64,000 bases of DNA. Origin: an uncultured bacterium. Its GTDB lineage: Bacteria > Oederibacteriota > JAAXVQ01 > JAUVAV01. The DNA is taken from positions 704,001-768,000 of the forward strand of contig CAVQBK010000003.1 of NCBI GenBank assembly GCA_963710755.1, read 5' to 3'. Below, piece after piece: positions 1 through 10,311 of this stretch (positions within the stretch are counted from its first letter, which is position 1; the number at the start of each line of letters is the position of its first letter). Below the pieces are notes generated by a model, which searched no databases, was not told the DNA's origin, and saw nothing but the letters and a program-made list of their open reading frames with translations. The translations under genes were made by a program, and so were the position numbers.

Positions 1-1496
1 TCTCCAGTGCCCGGCAGACCATCACTGTGTCCGGTCGCGACCCCATCCGTGTGATCGGGGAACGCATTAATCCCACCGGCAAAGCCATTTTTCAGGAAGA
101 GTTGAAAGCTGGCAAGTTGGACCAGCTAAAGCAGTTTGCCCAGGATCAGCAAGCCATGGGTGCCGCGGTACTCGATGTAAATGTGGGCATGCCCGGCCTG
201 GATGAAAAGGCCATGATGCTCAAAGCGGTGGCGGAATTAGCGGTCATGTCGGAACTGCCCCTGTGCATTGATTCCAGCAACCCTGAGGTGCTTGAGGCGG
301 CCCTGCGTTTTTATCCGGGCCGGGTGCTGCTCAATTCCCTGTCCGGTGAGCAGGAAAAATTGGAGCACGTGCTTCCTCTAATTAAAAAATACGGGCCTGC
401 TTTTATAACTTTGCCTTTGGACGACCATGGTATTCCCGAGACTGCGGCCAAGCGAATCGAGGTGCTAAAGACAGTAAAAGCTTATTGTGAAAAGGCAGAG
501 GTGTTGTTTCAGGATGTGGTGGTGGACGGTCTGGTTTTAACCGCTTCCTCCAGCCAGCAGGCGGCCCGGACTACACTCGAGACCATGGCCTATGCGGCGG
601 GCACGTTGGGGCTTAATACGGTTGTAGGGTTATCCAATGTATCCTTTGGCTTGCCGGGCAGGGCCTATCTTAACAGCAGCTTTTTAGCCATGGCCGCGGC
701 CCACGGGCTGTCCATGGTGATTGCCAACCCCTCGGCACCACTGTTGATGGAAGCCGTGGCCAGTAGCAATGTCTTGACCGGTCGCGACCCGGAGAGCCGT
801 CTGTTTATTGAACGTTTCAGCAATCCGCAACATGAGACAACACCCAAGACCGCCTCTCGGAACCTTTCAGCGGAAGAACGGGTGCAGGCCGGCATAGTCC
901 AGGGGGACAGGGACAACATTGTTGCCTTGGTGGAAGCTATGCTGGAAAAGGGATGGTCAGCTTTTGAGATTGTGGATCGTCTCATGATTCCAGCCATCCA
1001 GGAAGTGGGAGATAAATATAATAACCGCGTTTTTTTTCTGCCGCAGTTGATTGCTTCGGCAGAAACTATGGAAAAAGCCATGGCCTTTCTAGCGCCATGG
1101 CTGGAAAAGAGCGAGCGTGCTAAAAAAGGTCTGGGTATAATTGCCACGGTCAAGGGTGACATCCATGATATTGGAAAGAAAATAGTGGCTTTAATGCTGC
1201 GCAATCAGGGCTATGAAATCCTGGATTTAGGCAAATCAGTGGAGGAACAGACCATTATTGATAAAGCCCTGGAAACCAAGGCTGATTTTATCGGGCTCTC
1301 CGCCCTCATGACCACCACTATGACGGAAATGCCCAAAATCATCCAACTGGCCAAAGCCCAGGGCGTTAAAGCCAAAATTATTGTAGGCGGCGCTGTGGTC
1401 ACTGCCCGCTATGCCGAAGAGATCGGGGCCAATGCCTACGCCTTGGACGCAGGTCAGGCGGTTACGGTGGTGGAAGAAATGCTTAGCCATCGCTGA
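1..1496 (+). CDS. metH: Cobalamin-dependent methionine synthase, 3' part (pterin-binding, cap and B12-binding domains); 5' end lies upstream of the window
   Basis: IGERINPTGK, LDVNVG, LCIDSS and GLSNVSFGLP (pterin-binding domain); DIHDIGK and GLSALMTTT (B12-binding). Ends without an AdoMet reactivation domain. Confidence 0.85.
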   Translation, partial: SSARQTITVSGRDPIRVIGERINPTGKAIFQEELKAGKLDQLKQFAQDQQAMGAAVLDVNVGMPGLDEKAMMLKAVAELAVMSELPLCIDSSNPEVLEAALRFYPGRVLLNSLSGEQEKLEHVLPLIKKYGPAFITLPLDDHGIPETAAKRIEVLKTVKAYCEKAEVLFQDVVVDGLVLTASSSQQAARTTLETMAYAAGTLGLNTVVGLSNVSFGLPGRAYLNSSFLAMAAAHGLSMVIANPSAPLLMEAVASSNVLTGRDPESRLFIERFSNPQHETTPKTASRNLSAEERVQAGIVQGDRDNIVALVEAMLEKGWSAFEIVDRLMIPAIQEVGDKYNNRVFFLPQLIASAETMEKAMAFLAPWLEKSERAKKGLGIIATVKGDIHDIGKKIVALMLRNQGYEILDLGKSVEEQTIIDKALETKADFIGLSALMTTTMTEMPKIIQLAKAQGVKAKIIVGGAVVTARYAEEIGANAYALDAGQAVTVVEEMLSHR

Positions 1497-1692
1497 CCAA
1501 GGGTCGAAACTGCCTGGCAGGTGGGTTAGGGACCTGGGTTGCAATGGCAGTGCTTAAAAACGATCATCGTTAGTTCCCAGTACGGAGCGGCGAAAATGAA
1601 AAGAACGTTCTATCTAAAAAAATAAAACTATTTTTTTCAACACCAGGAACCAGGTGCTCCCGGAAGCTGCGTGCCAAGGAGAAGAGACGACC

Positions 1693-2802
1693 ATGCCACC
1701 TCGATTGTTTGTTGCCGCTACACATCAAAATGTAGGCAAAACCATGACCTCCTTGGGCCTCATGGGCAATCTCCTGAATCAGCACAAACATGTGGGCTAT
1801 ATCAAACCCGTGGGTCAACGCACCGTGGATGCTGAAGGTGTGCAGGTGGATGAAGACGCCCTGCTTATGGAAAAAGTATTTCATACTCAGGCTGATCTTC
1901 AGGATATGAATCCAGTGCGGGTAGGCAAAGGGTTTACCACAGCGTTTATTAATGAAGGCCGCAGTAATAAAAACCTGGAAAAGCAGATTATCGAGGCCTA
2001 CGAACGGCTCAGCAAGGGCCGGGATTTTGTGGTCATCGAAGGCACTGGCCATGCGGGTGTGGGATCAGTACTGGAGCTTTCCAACGCCCGGGTGGCTAAA
2101 ATATTGGAAGCCCCGGTGGTTATGGTGGCTCCCGGGGGTGTGGGCAGGCCTATTGACGAGGTGGCCCTTAATGCAGAGTTGTTAAAAAAAGAAGGTGTTA
2201 AACTGGCCGGGGTAATCATTAATAAAGTCAAGGCGCATAAATACGAACAGGTCAAAGACCTGGTTATCAAAGGCTTCGAGCGCCAGGGCATCAATGTGCT
2301 GGGGGTAATGCCCTATGATGATGTACTCAGCGCCCCCACCATTGGGGAAGTGAAACAGGAGATCAACGCACGCTTGATCAATGCCGATATACCCATCACC
2401 TTGCTGGAGCAGCCGGCCAGGCATTTTTTGGTAGGGGCCATGAGCGCACATCAAGCCCTGGATTATTTCAAACCAGGGTCCTTGATCATCACGCCCGGCG
2501 ACCGGGAGGATATTATTCTGGCAGCCATTGGCATGGCCATGTCGGAGGACGCCTTGGAGCGCACGAGCATGGTAGCGGCTATTATCTTAACAGGTCAAAC
2601 CATGCCTCATCCAGCCATTATGGAATTAATTCATCGGTCCCGTGTGCCGGTAATGACCTGTAGCAAGGATACGTATACAGTGGCATCCCAGATTCATGAT
2701 CTGCTGGTCAAGATCAGTCCGGAAGAAAAGGAAAAAATAGAGCATGCCATTAATCTGGTTAACCAGTACGTTGATTTGGAAAGCCTGTGGCGTGACTGTT
2801 AA
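1693..2802 (+). CDS. BioD-like P-loop + DRTGG domain protein (stand-alone phosphotransacetylase N-terminal region)
   Basis: NVGKT P-loop, YIKPVG, VIEGTGH and ITPGDREDI motifs; no Pta catalytic domain. Confidence 0.8.
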   Translation: MPPRLFVAATHQNVGKTMTSLGLMGNLLNQHKHVGYIKPVGQRTVDAEGVQVDEDALLMEKVFHTQADLQDMNPVRVGKGFTTAFINEGRSNKNLEKQIIEAYERLSKGRDFVVIEGTGHAGVGSVLELSNARVAKILEAPVVMVAPGGVGRPIDEVALNAELLKKEGVKLAGVIINKVKAHKYEQVKDLVIKGFERQGINVLGVMPYDDVLSAPTIGEVKQEINARLINADIPITLLEQPARHFLVGAMSAHQALDYFKPGSLIITPGDREDIILAAIGMAMSEDALERTSMVAAIILTGQTMPHPAIMELIHRSRVPVMTCSKDTYTVASQIHDLLVKISPEEKEKIEHAINLVNQYVDLESLWRDC

Positions 2803-2964
2803 TTGTTGTTGTGACCTGGTTTAGAATAGACAGGGTGATAGGTTTAAACTGTGACAATCTGACAAAATAATTTTTTAATGCGTGTTTAAATCGAGCGTGC
2901 TATACTTTTATTTTATGGGTACCCCACTCCTGAAAAGGAGGTGGTGGTTTAGAAGGAGGCAGAA

Positions 2965-4389
2965 ATGGCAAGTCAGAAAGTAAAAATCATTTGGCTCACC
3001 ATGATTGTGCTGGCCGTAGCGGCGGTGGCGATTATTGCTTCGCTGGTATTGAAAGCACCTCGTTCCTGGGAATACCAGCGAAAAGCCATGGTCTCAAAAT
3101 ACTCCAAAATGTTAAAGTCTTCCGATCCATTACAACGTCGCGAAGCCGTCATGTCCCTAGGTGGTGTAGGGGATAAATCAGTGATCCCCAAGCTTCTCCA
3201 AGCCTTGAAAGACCAAGACCCTGGGGTCAGGGAAAATGCTTTGATTTCCATGCGTGCCTGGGGGGATGAACACCAGTTACCTGAACTCAAACCATTGCTG
3301 AAGGATGAGAACCCAGCTGTGCGAGCTGCCGCGGTGTATACGTTGGCCCGGTTGGGTGGCCAAGCCACTGCAGGGCAGGTAAAACCATTCTTACATGATC
3401 CAGCACCTGTGGTCCGGGAACATGCGGTGCTGGCCATGGGGCTTTTTGATGAAGCCGTAGCCATGCCCAATATTATTGCAGCCATGCAGGACAAAGATAT
3501 TCAAGTTAAACGTCGAGCCATTTGGGTGTTAATCAATTATAAAAGCCCGGAAGTAGTCAAACAGTTATTGAACGTTTTGGCCAGTCCGGAAGTACGCTTA
3601 CATGGAGACGCTGCCATGGCCCTTGGTCAGATTAAAGATCCAGCGGCAGTTCCTGACTTGATCCGCTATGCGGGTGATAAAAACGCCATTGGCCGGCGTT
3701 CAGCCATTATGGCCTTGGGCGGGATCGGTGACAGCCGGGCTGTGCCCGTACTGATTGCAGCTCTAAAGGAAAATAATCCGGATATCAAACGTGATGCCGC
3801 AGTCGCGCTGGGGCAACTACATGCCCGGCAATCCATTCAACCATTGTTGACATTGCTTAAGAATGAAACTTCCCAGGATTTGCGCGGCGTGGCGGCCTAC
3901 GCCCTGGGGGGCATTATTGATGACCGCAATCTTGATATCGTGAAGACCATGATGGACGATCAAGATCCTCTGGTGCGGGAAGCAGCAGCCAACAGTCTGA
4001 GCCGGATTAACAGCAAAGAAGCCAAGACGTTTATCACCACCCTGCTGGGCGACAAGGAAGAACGGGTACGCTGGGCCGTGGTTTCCGTTATCAATGAGCT
4101 CAACAATCCGGATTATTTTCCCTTGCTTAAGCAAGCCCTGAAAAAGGAAAAAAGTCCCTGGATTAAACAACAGATTGAACAAATTTTAGGACGGGCCGAA
4201 TTGATGGAGAACCAGGCAGCTATTCCGGAAATGCCCAAAGTTGACCTTGCAGTTGATCCTGCGGTGGAACAGGCCCACCAACAACAGATGGCCGTTACCC
4301 AGCAACCTCTTTCGACCGCTACGGCTCAGGTGAAATCGAAAAAACAAGCTGTTCCGGCCGGTAAAAACAGCCCGAAAAAGAAAAAATAA
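2965..4389 (+). CDS. Membrane-anchored HEAT/PBS-lyase repeat protein
   Basis: N-terminal hydrophobic helix; ~31-aa repeats of the type L.D....VR..A..ALG; AAGGAGG RBS. Confidence 0.85.
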   Translation: MASQKVKIIWLTMIVLAVAAVAIIASLVLKAPRSWEYQRKAMVSKYSKMLKSSDPLQRREAVMSLGGVGDKSVIPKLLQALKDQDPGVRENALISMRAWGDEHQLPELKPLLKDENPAVRAAAVYTLARLGGQATAGQVKPFLHDPAPVVREHAVLAMGLFDEAVAMPNIIAAMQDKDIQVKRRAIWVLINYKSPEVVKQLLNVLASPEVRLHGDAAMALGQIKDPAAVPDLIRYAGDKNAIGRRSAIMALGGIGDSRAVPVLIAALKENNPDIKRDAAVALGQLHARQSIQPLLTLLKNETSQDLRGVAAYALGGIIDDRNLDIVKTMMDDQDPLVREAAANSLSRINSKEAKTFITTLLGDKEERVRWAVVSVINELNNPDYFPLLKQALKKEKSPWIKQQIEQILGRAELMENQAAIPEMPKVDLAVDPAVEQAHQQQMAVTQQPLSTATAQVKSKKQAVPAGKNSPKKKK

Positions 4390-4491
4390 TCGACTGTTCC
4401 ACCCGATGGCAAATTGCCTGAAGTGATTGAACCCTTCAATGTAACTTTCCCTGCAGCTCTTAAAAACCTGATCGATCAAGGAGGAGGATTC

Positions 4492-6201
4492 ATGGGAAAC
4501 CCAATGCCCAGTGACCTGGAGATTGCCCAGCAAGCACCGCTCAAACCCATTACGGAAATTGCCCAAGCCCTGGGCCTTGAACCGCAAGAAATTGAATTGT
4601 ATGGTCAATATAAAGCCAAAGTAGATCTGAAAGCCATGACGCGACTGGCCAACCGGCCCAAGGGCAAATACATCGATGTCACAGCTATCACGCCTACGCC
4701 CTTGGGGGAAGGTAAGACCGTCACCACCATTGGCGTGTCTCAGTCTTTGGCCAAAATAGGCAAGTCCGTGATGACGTGCATTCGTCAACCTTCCCTGGGC
4801 CCGGTGTTCGGCATCAAAGGTGGTGCGGCCGGAGGCGGCTATGCCCAAGTCATCCCCATGGAAGATTTCAACCTGCATTTGACGGGAGATATCCATGCTG
4901 TCTCCATGGCCAATAATTTATTAGCTGCTTACATTGATTCCCATCTCATGCACGGCAATAAGTTGGATATTGATCCCCATTCCATCACTTGGCGCCGGGT
5001 GGTGGATATTTCTGATCGCGCCTTACGGCAAATTGTGGTGGGCTTGGGCGGCCGGGAAAACGGTACTCCCCGCGAAACGGGCTTTGACATTGCCGTGGCC
5101 TCGGAAGTAATGGCCATCCTGGCCCTGGCGCAGGATTTACAGGACATGCGCCGCCGTCTCGGCCGGATTGTGATCGGCACCAATCGTGCCGGCCAGCCGG
5201 TCACCGCAGAAGATTTAAAATGTGCCGGTGCCATGGCCGTGCTTATGAAGGATGCTATTAAGCCCACTTTGATGCAAACCCTGGAACATACGCCGGTTTT
5301 GGTTCATGCCGGACCTTTTGCCAATATTGCCCACGGCAATTCCTCCATCATTGCCGATGAATTGGGGTTGCGTCTGGCGGATTATGTGGTGACTGAAAGC
5401 GGGTTTGGTGCAGACTGTGGCTGCGAAAAATTCATGAACATTAAGTGTCGTTATTCCGGTCTGGTACCGGATGCGGTGATTGTCACATGTACCATCAGAG
5501 CCCTGAAAATGCACGGGCAGGCTTTTGAGGTCCGGCCCGGCAAACCTCTGGACCAGGACTTGGTGGCCAAGCCCAATGATGAAGCCCTGATTAAAGGCTG
5601 TGAGAATCTGAAGCAGCACATCCATGCTGTCCGGTTGCACGGCGTGCCGGTGGTGGTGGCTATCAACCGTTTTGCCAGTGATCATGATCATGAAATTGAC
5701 TTGGTTATTAAACAGGCCCTGGCTTATGGCGCCAGCGCGGCTGTGCCCTCCGAGGTGCATGCCCGTGGTGGCGAGGGTGGCAAAGCCCTGGCTGAAGCTG
5801 TGGTGGCCGCGGCCAATCAACCGAAGAACTTCAAATTTCTATATCCACTGGAAATGAGTATTAAAGAGAAAATTGAAACCATTGCCACCCAAATATACGG
5901 TGCTGACGGCGTGGATTATATGCCAGCCGCAGAAAAGAAAATTGCCCTGTATACAGCCTTGGGCTACGACCGTATGCCCCTATGCATGGCCAAGACTCAT
6001 CTTTCCCTCTCCCACGATCCCAAATTAAAAGGCCGGCCTACGGGTTTCCGGGTGCCCGTTCGGGATGTTCGCGCCTCCGTAGGAGCGGGCTTTCTCTATC
6101 CGCTATTGGGGGATATGCGTACCATGCCGGGATTGCCTTCCATACCTGCCGGCAATAATATTGACCTTACCGACGATGGCAAGATTGTCGGACTGTTTTA
6201 A
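4492..6201 (+). CDS. fhs: Formate-tetrahydrofolate ligase
   Basis: TPTPLGEGKT, GIKGGAAGGGY, HAGPFANIAHG and MPGLP motifs; GGAGG RBS before ATG 4492. Confidence 0.97.
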   Translation: MGNPMPSDLEIAQQAPLKPITEIAQALGLEPQEIELYGQYKAKVDLKAMTRLANRPKGKYIDVTAITPTPLGEGKTVTTIGVSQSLAKIGKSVMTCIRQPSLGPVFGIKGGAAGGGYAQVIPMEDFNLHLTGDIHAVSMANNLLAAYIDSHLMHGNKLDIDPHSITWRRVVDISDRALRQIVVGLGGRENGTPRETGFDIAVASEVMAILALAQDLQDMRRRLGRIVIGTNRAGQPVTAEDLKCAGAMAVLMKDAIKPTLMQTLEHTPVLVHAGPFANIAHGNSSIIADELGLRLADYVVTESGFGADCGCEKFMNIKCRYSGLVPDAVIVTCTIRALKMHGQAFEVRPGKPLDQDLVAKPNDEALIKGCENLKQHIHAVRLHGVPVVVAINRFASDHDHEIDLVIKQALAYGASAAVPSEVHARGGEGGKALAEAVVAAANQPKNFKFLYPLEMSIKEKIETIATQIYGADGVDYMPAAEKKIALYTALGYDRMPLCMAKTHLSLSHDPKLKGRPTGFRVPVRDVRASVGAGFLYPLLGDMRTMPGLPSIPAGNNIDLTDDGKIVGLF

Positions 6202-6346
6202 TAGCCGCCCGGAATACCCGGGCCAACCAAGGTGCATTTCACGTAGGGGACTATGCGGTTAATCGCATGGTAACTTGTATCTAATGCGAAAAGACCACAT
6301 TTGTTAAAAGGTCTCCAAGAGGATGTCCAGCCCGGAGGCAGTATTG

Positions 6347-6388
6347 AAAAAAGTTTATAGAGTACAGGCATGGCTGTACTCTATAAAC
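6347..6388 (-). terminator. Perfect 15-bp hairpin followed by a T-tract on the minus strand
   Basis: GTTTATAGAGTACAG(6353-6367)-gcatgg-CTGTACTCTATAAAC(6374-6388), preceded by A6 on the + strand. Confidence 0.55.
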
Positions 6389-6467
6389 ACGGATAGATAC
6401 AGCATCCCATCCGCAACAAGATCCAACTAATAATTGGTAATGACTTGATCGCGGCAGTGATGAGGAG

Positions 6468-7361
6468 GTGAAAACCATGAAGGTTAAATGGCAATGGGTC
6501 GTGACCCTGGTGAGCCTAATGGCTCTGGCAGGTCCGCTATGGGCGGAAGGGCCGGCAGCCCAGGTGGGTAGTTTCAATCAACCATCCACGCCGGTAGCGA
6601 GCGAAAAGTTAAAGGCCAGCATTGATCAGCGTGTATTCGAAGCACCGCAAAAACCCTGGTCCGTGCCCCCGGTGCCCATGGAGGTGAGTGGGGAAGGGAT
6701 CGCCCTATTCTATCTGGTGCCGTGGGAACGGGTGGCTGGATTAATGCCTTCCGGGCTAAAACCCTTTCCCGGACCGGATAAAATCTGGTTCCGTGTGGAT
6801 TGCCTCAACTGGAAAAAGCTGACGGTCAAGGTTAACGATGACCTTAAGAAGGTCAAACCTTTTTTAGAACTGGATTACCGGTTTATGGTGACCAAGGACG
6901 GACAGCTTGGAAGTTACCCGATCAGGCTACAGATGAATGAGCTGCATGCCGTGCTTTGGGCCCGGGCCCATGGTTCTTATCCTGCGTTTAAAATCAACGT
7001 GGCCTATGCCAATTTTTCCCCTTATATTCATATTTTTCAATTCCGCAATGATGAATTGGCTACAGCTGTGGTGGAAGCCAATCCCTTGGAAGGCCTATCG
7101 TCCAACCTGAATGATCTGTTTAACCGTAAAGCTGATGCCGACTTATGGGCAGCCGGCGGTCTGGATTTTGTGGTCAATGCCGAAACCGGAGAAATTAAAA
7201 CCCTTAAAAGAGCCTTTTCAGCTTCGGTTAAAAGCGCCGCCGTGGAGACATTGTTGCTGCGGGATCCACGGAAGTGGGGCCTTTTAACCGCTGAGGAAAT
7301 AAAAAATCCGGACAAAGTTTTAATCCTGGACTCCATTAACGGGCGCTGGTTAGGACAATAA
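6468..7361 (+). CDS. Secreted hypothetical protein, acetoacetate decarboxylase/DUF2071-like fold
   Basis: Signal peptide; VPWERVAGLMPSGL...PFLELDYRFMV...G.Y...L...AVLWAR pattern; GAGGAG RBS. Confidence 0.55.
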   Translation: MKTMKVKWQWVVTLVSLMALAGPLWAEGPAAQVGSFNQPSTPVASEKLKASIDQRVFEAPQKPWSVPPVPMEVSGEGIALFYLVPWERVAGLMPSGLKPFPGPDKIWFRVDCLNWKKLTVKVNDDLKKVKPFLELDYRFMVTKDGQLGSYPIRLQMNELHAVLWARAHGSYPAFKINVAYANFSPYIHIFQFRNDELATAVVEANPLEGLSSNLNDLFNRKADADLWAAGGLDFVVNAETGEIKTLKRAFSASVKSAAVETLLLRDPRKWGLLTAEEIKNPDKVLILDSINGRWLGQ

Positions 7362-8140
7362 TGATGGCCACTTCGCGGCGCACCTATCCCCAATTACCAC
7401 AGGTGGTGGCCTGGATGGATAAAGCCCTGCAGGTTGGTGCCATTCCCGACCGCAGTCTTAACGGTTTGCAGGTGGAAGGCCGCAGTCCGGTGAAGCAAAT
7501 TGCCCTGGCTGTGGATGCCACTTGGGAAACCTTTTCAGCAGCCGCGGCCTGTCAGGCTGACTTGTTGATAGTTCATCACGGCCTTTTTTGGGGTCAGCCT
7601 CTGGCGGTGACAGGCCTGCATTACCAGCGTCTCAAGCTTCTGCTCGATCATGGCATCAGCCTATACGCGTCCCATTTGCCACTTGATCGGCATGCCCTTT
7701 GGGGCAATAATGCCAGGTTGGCTCAGGGTGTCAAGCTTCAGGCTGTAAAACCCTTTGGTGATTATCATGGTGTGACTATTGGTGTGGGTGGGCAATGGAG
7801 TCAGAGCCCACGGTTGCCGGTCCTGGCCAATAAGATCGGCCAGATTATCCAAACAGAAGTCAAAATCTTGTCTTTTGGACCTGCCAAGGTCAGCCGGTTG
7901 GCCATCGTGTCCGGCGGTGGAGGATCGCTCCTGAGTCAGGCTCATCAAGAAGGCTACGACACCTTCTTAACGGGAGAGCTGCTTCATCAAGAAGTGCCCT
8001 TGGCTAAAGAGCTGAACATGAATGTCATTATTGGCGGTCATTACGCCACCGAGACTCTGGGTGTGCAAGCCCTGGGCCGGGCGGTGGCCAAAGCCTTTGG
8101 CCTGCGCACCTGCTTTTTGGATTGTCCCACCGGGTTTTGA
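7361..8140 (+). CDS. Nif3-like dinuclear metal centre hexameric protein
   Basis: NGLQVEG, VHHGLFW, HLPLD.H, TGE and GHYATE motifs. Confidence 0.93.
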   Translation: MMATSRRTYPQLPQVVAWMDKALQVGAIPDRSLNGLQVEGRSPVKQIALAVDATWETFSAAAACQADLLIVHHGLFWGQPLAVTGLHYQRLKLLLDHGISLYASHLPLDRHALWGNNARLAQGVKLQAVKPFGDYHGVTIGVGGQWSQSPRLPVLANKIGQIIQTEVKILSFGPAKVSRLAIVSGGGGSLLSQAHQEGYDTFLTGELLHQEVPLAKELNMNVIIGGHYATETLGVQALGRAVAKAFGLRTCFLDCPTGF

Positions 8141-8331
8141 TTATCGCCGGACCGGCGCTTTAGATGCAGGTTCAGCCAGATCTAAGTTTAGAGGATAATA
8201 TTTATTACCTCTGATTCTTGTGAAAGTAAGGGCTCAACTCAACCTGTTAAGACCATGTTCAAAAACCAGTCGAACCGGAAAAAAATTAAGGGCTTACCAG
8301 TTTAGAAAAATGACCAGGCGCAAGGATCAGC

Positions 8332-8361
8332 TTGACGCCGGGCCTCTGGGTTTAGTATGAT
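8332..8361 (+). promoter_or_regulatory. Sigma70-type promoter of tRNA-Val
   Basis: TTGACG-N18-TATGAT, about 20 nt upstream of the tRNA. Confidence 0.55.
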
Positions 8362-8382
8362 AGGGCAACTTTTGGAACTATT

Positions 8383-8459
8383 GGGCGGATAACTCAGTCG
8401 GTTAGAGTGCCATCTTCACATGGTGGAAGTCGAAGGTTCGAATCCTTTTCCGCCCACCA
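8383..8459 (+). tRNA. tRNA-Val (anticodon CAC)
   Basis: Full cloverleaf: GGGCGGA/TCCGCCC acceptor stem, anticodon loop TTCACAT, TTCGAAT T-loop, encoded CCA. Confidence 0.97.
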
Positions 8460-8625
8460 ATCTTCTTTAGCTCAATTTAATATGGTTTAAGCTGTTTTTG
8501 GCCTGCCTGAGGACTTTCACCATAAGCTTAGATAATTTCATCCTGCCTGTTGATTTTCGTTTATTAAATAGCCTAGTTGTGAAATAATGTGCATTCTAAC
8601 TTAATATGATTGAAGGAAATAGCCA

Positions 8626-9267
8626 ATGTCCAGCCAGGGCTTGTTTTTAACCTTGGAAGGTCCCGACGGTTCAGGGAAAAGCACCCAATTTAAACTATTG
8701 GTTGATCGTTTAAAGCGCCATGGTTATAAAGTGAAGGAAACCAGAGAACCCGGTGGTCCTCCCTTGTCCGAAAAAATAAGGGAATTGTTGTTATCCACGC
8801 AGCACGGCGGTCCAACCAAAGAAGCGGAGTTACTTTTGTTTTTAGCGGCTCGGGCGCAACATGTGGACCAAACGATCTTGCCCTTTCTCCACCGCGGCTA
8901 CATCGTGGCCTGCGAACGGTTCAGTGATTCCACCTATGCCTATCAGGTGGGTGGCCGCGGCTTGTCCACCCGTGTTTATGAAACCGTTAATCGCTTCGCC
9001 ACCAAGGGGTTGAAACCATCCTTGACCATCTTACTCGACATTAATCCAACCCTGGGATTGAAGCGCGCCTACCAAGCCAAAAAAAAACACGACCGCATGG
9101 AAACTGAATCCTCGGCTTTTGCCCGCCGCGTTCGGCAAAGTTATTTGGCTTTAGCACGGAAAGAACCGGCTCGTATTAAAGTGGTCAAAGCTGATCAGGC
9201 GGTTCCGGCGGTAGCCGAAGCCATCTGGACGGTAGTTGAAAAACGTTTGAAAAAAAGGAATTTTTAG
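8626..9267 (+). CDS. tmk: Thymidylate kinase
   Basis: EGPDGSGKST, TREPGG and ERFSDSTYAYQ motifs. Confidence 0.97.
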   Translation: MSSQGLFLTLEGPDGSGKSTQFKLLVDRLKRHGYKVKETREPGGPPLSEKIRELLLSTQHGGPTKEAELLLFLAARAQHVDQTILPFLHRGYIVACERFSDSTYAYQVGGRGLSTRVYETVNRFATKGLKPSLTILLDINPTLGLKRAYQAKKKHDRMETESSAFARRVRQSYLALARKEPARIKVVKADQAVPAVAEAIWTVVEKRLKKRNF

Positions 9268-9270
9268 CCT

Positions 9271-10275
9271 ATGCCCTTTTCAAGCATTGAAGGTCAAGAT
9301 CGGGCCATTAATTATTTAAAGCGCAGCCTTGGCCAAGCCCGGCTGGGTCATGCCTTGCTGTTTACGGGTCCAGAAGGCGTGGGCAAAAAGGCCACGGCCC
9401 TGGCTTTGGCTCAGGTGCTTAATTGTCAGGACCAGCAAGGCCAGGATGCCTGCGGCGTATGCAGTGCCTGTAAAAAAATCATGGATCACCATCATCCGGA
9501 CATTCAGGTGGTTGCGCCGGAAGGGCAGTACATTAAAATTGACCAAATCCGGGAGCAAGTGCAGCATCAGGTTCTGCTCAATCCCATGGAAGGCAGGGTC
9601 AAGGTTTATATTATTGATGCGGCGGATAGCATGACCGTGGAAGCGGCCAATAGTCTGCTTAAAATACTGGAAGAGCCGCCCAGCTTCGTGGTGTTGGTTC
9701 TGATAGCCACTCAACCCTTTCTGCTGCTCGATACCATTCGCTCCCGCTGTCAGGAAGTCCGTTTCCATCCCCTGCCGATCTCGCTAATGGCGACGTGGGT
9801 GCAGCAGCACCTGGGTCTGGGTAAATTGGAAGCTCTGGCCTTGGCCCGGCTCTCCGGCGGACGTCCGGCCGAAGCCCAGCGTCTGGCCGGCACGGAAGCG
9901 CAAAGTCTGCGGCGTTTGGTGATTGAGCAACTCCGGGAAACTTTCAACAGCGGCCGGTGGGCGCAGGCCACCCAAGCCCTCATGGAAACCAGAAGCGAGT
10001 TACCCGAGGCTTTGGGCATGATGCTCAGCTGGTTTCGCGATGTACTGTTGCTCTCGGCCGGCGGTCCTCAAGAACTGGTGGTCAATGTGGATTACCTGGA
10101 TGAACTTAATCACTGGGCTCAGGCAGCACCACAAACACGATGGGCACAAGACTGTCAGCTGATCCTGACGGCCATCAACCAATTGAAACGAAATATCAAT
10201 CTGCAGTTAATGCTGGACGTTTTATTAATGCGGCTTGGCTATAAGAACCGGCCCGGCCAAACATCCACGGCTTAA
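9271..10275 (+). CDS. holB: DNA polymerase III delta' subunit
   Basis: GPEGVGK, C..C..C zinc module, AANSLLKILEEP and TIRSRC motifs; follows tmk. Confidence 0.95.
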   Translation: MPFSSIEGQDRAINYLKRSLGQARLGHALLFTGPEGVGKKATALALAQVLNCQDQQGQDACGVCSACKKIMDHHHPDIQVVAPEGQYIKIDQIREQVQHQVLLNPMEGRVKVYIIDAADSMTVEAANSLLKILEEPPSFVVLVLIATQPFLLLDTIRSRCQEVRFHPLPISLMATWVQQHLGLGKLEALALARLSGGRPAEAQRLAGTEAQSLRRLVIEQLRETFNSGRWAQATQALMETRSELPEALGMMLSWFRDVLLLSAGGPQELVVNVDYLDELNHWAQAAPQTRWAQDCQLILTAINQLKRNINLQLMLDVLLMRLGYKNRPGQTSTA

Positions 10276-10311
10276 GCTTGGGATGAAGTATGAATATTGA
10301 GGTGGCAAACA

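Noticed and set aside
8383-8625. tRNA-Val as an integration site
   Set aside because: No integrase and no duplicated tRNA 3' end seen; core genes follow directly
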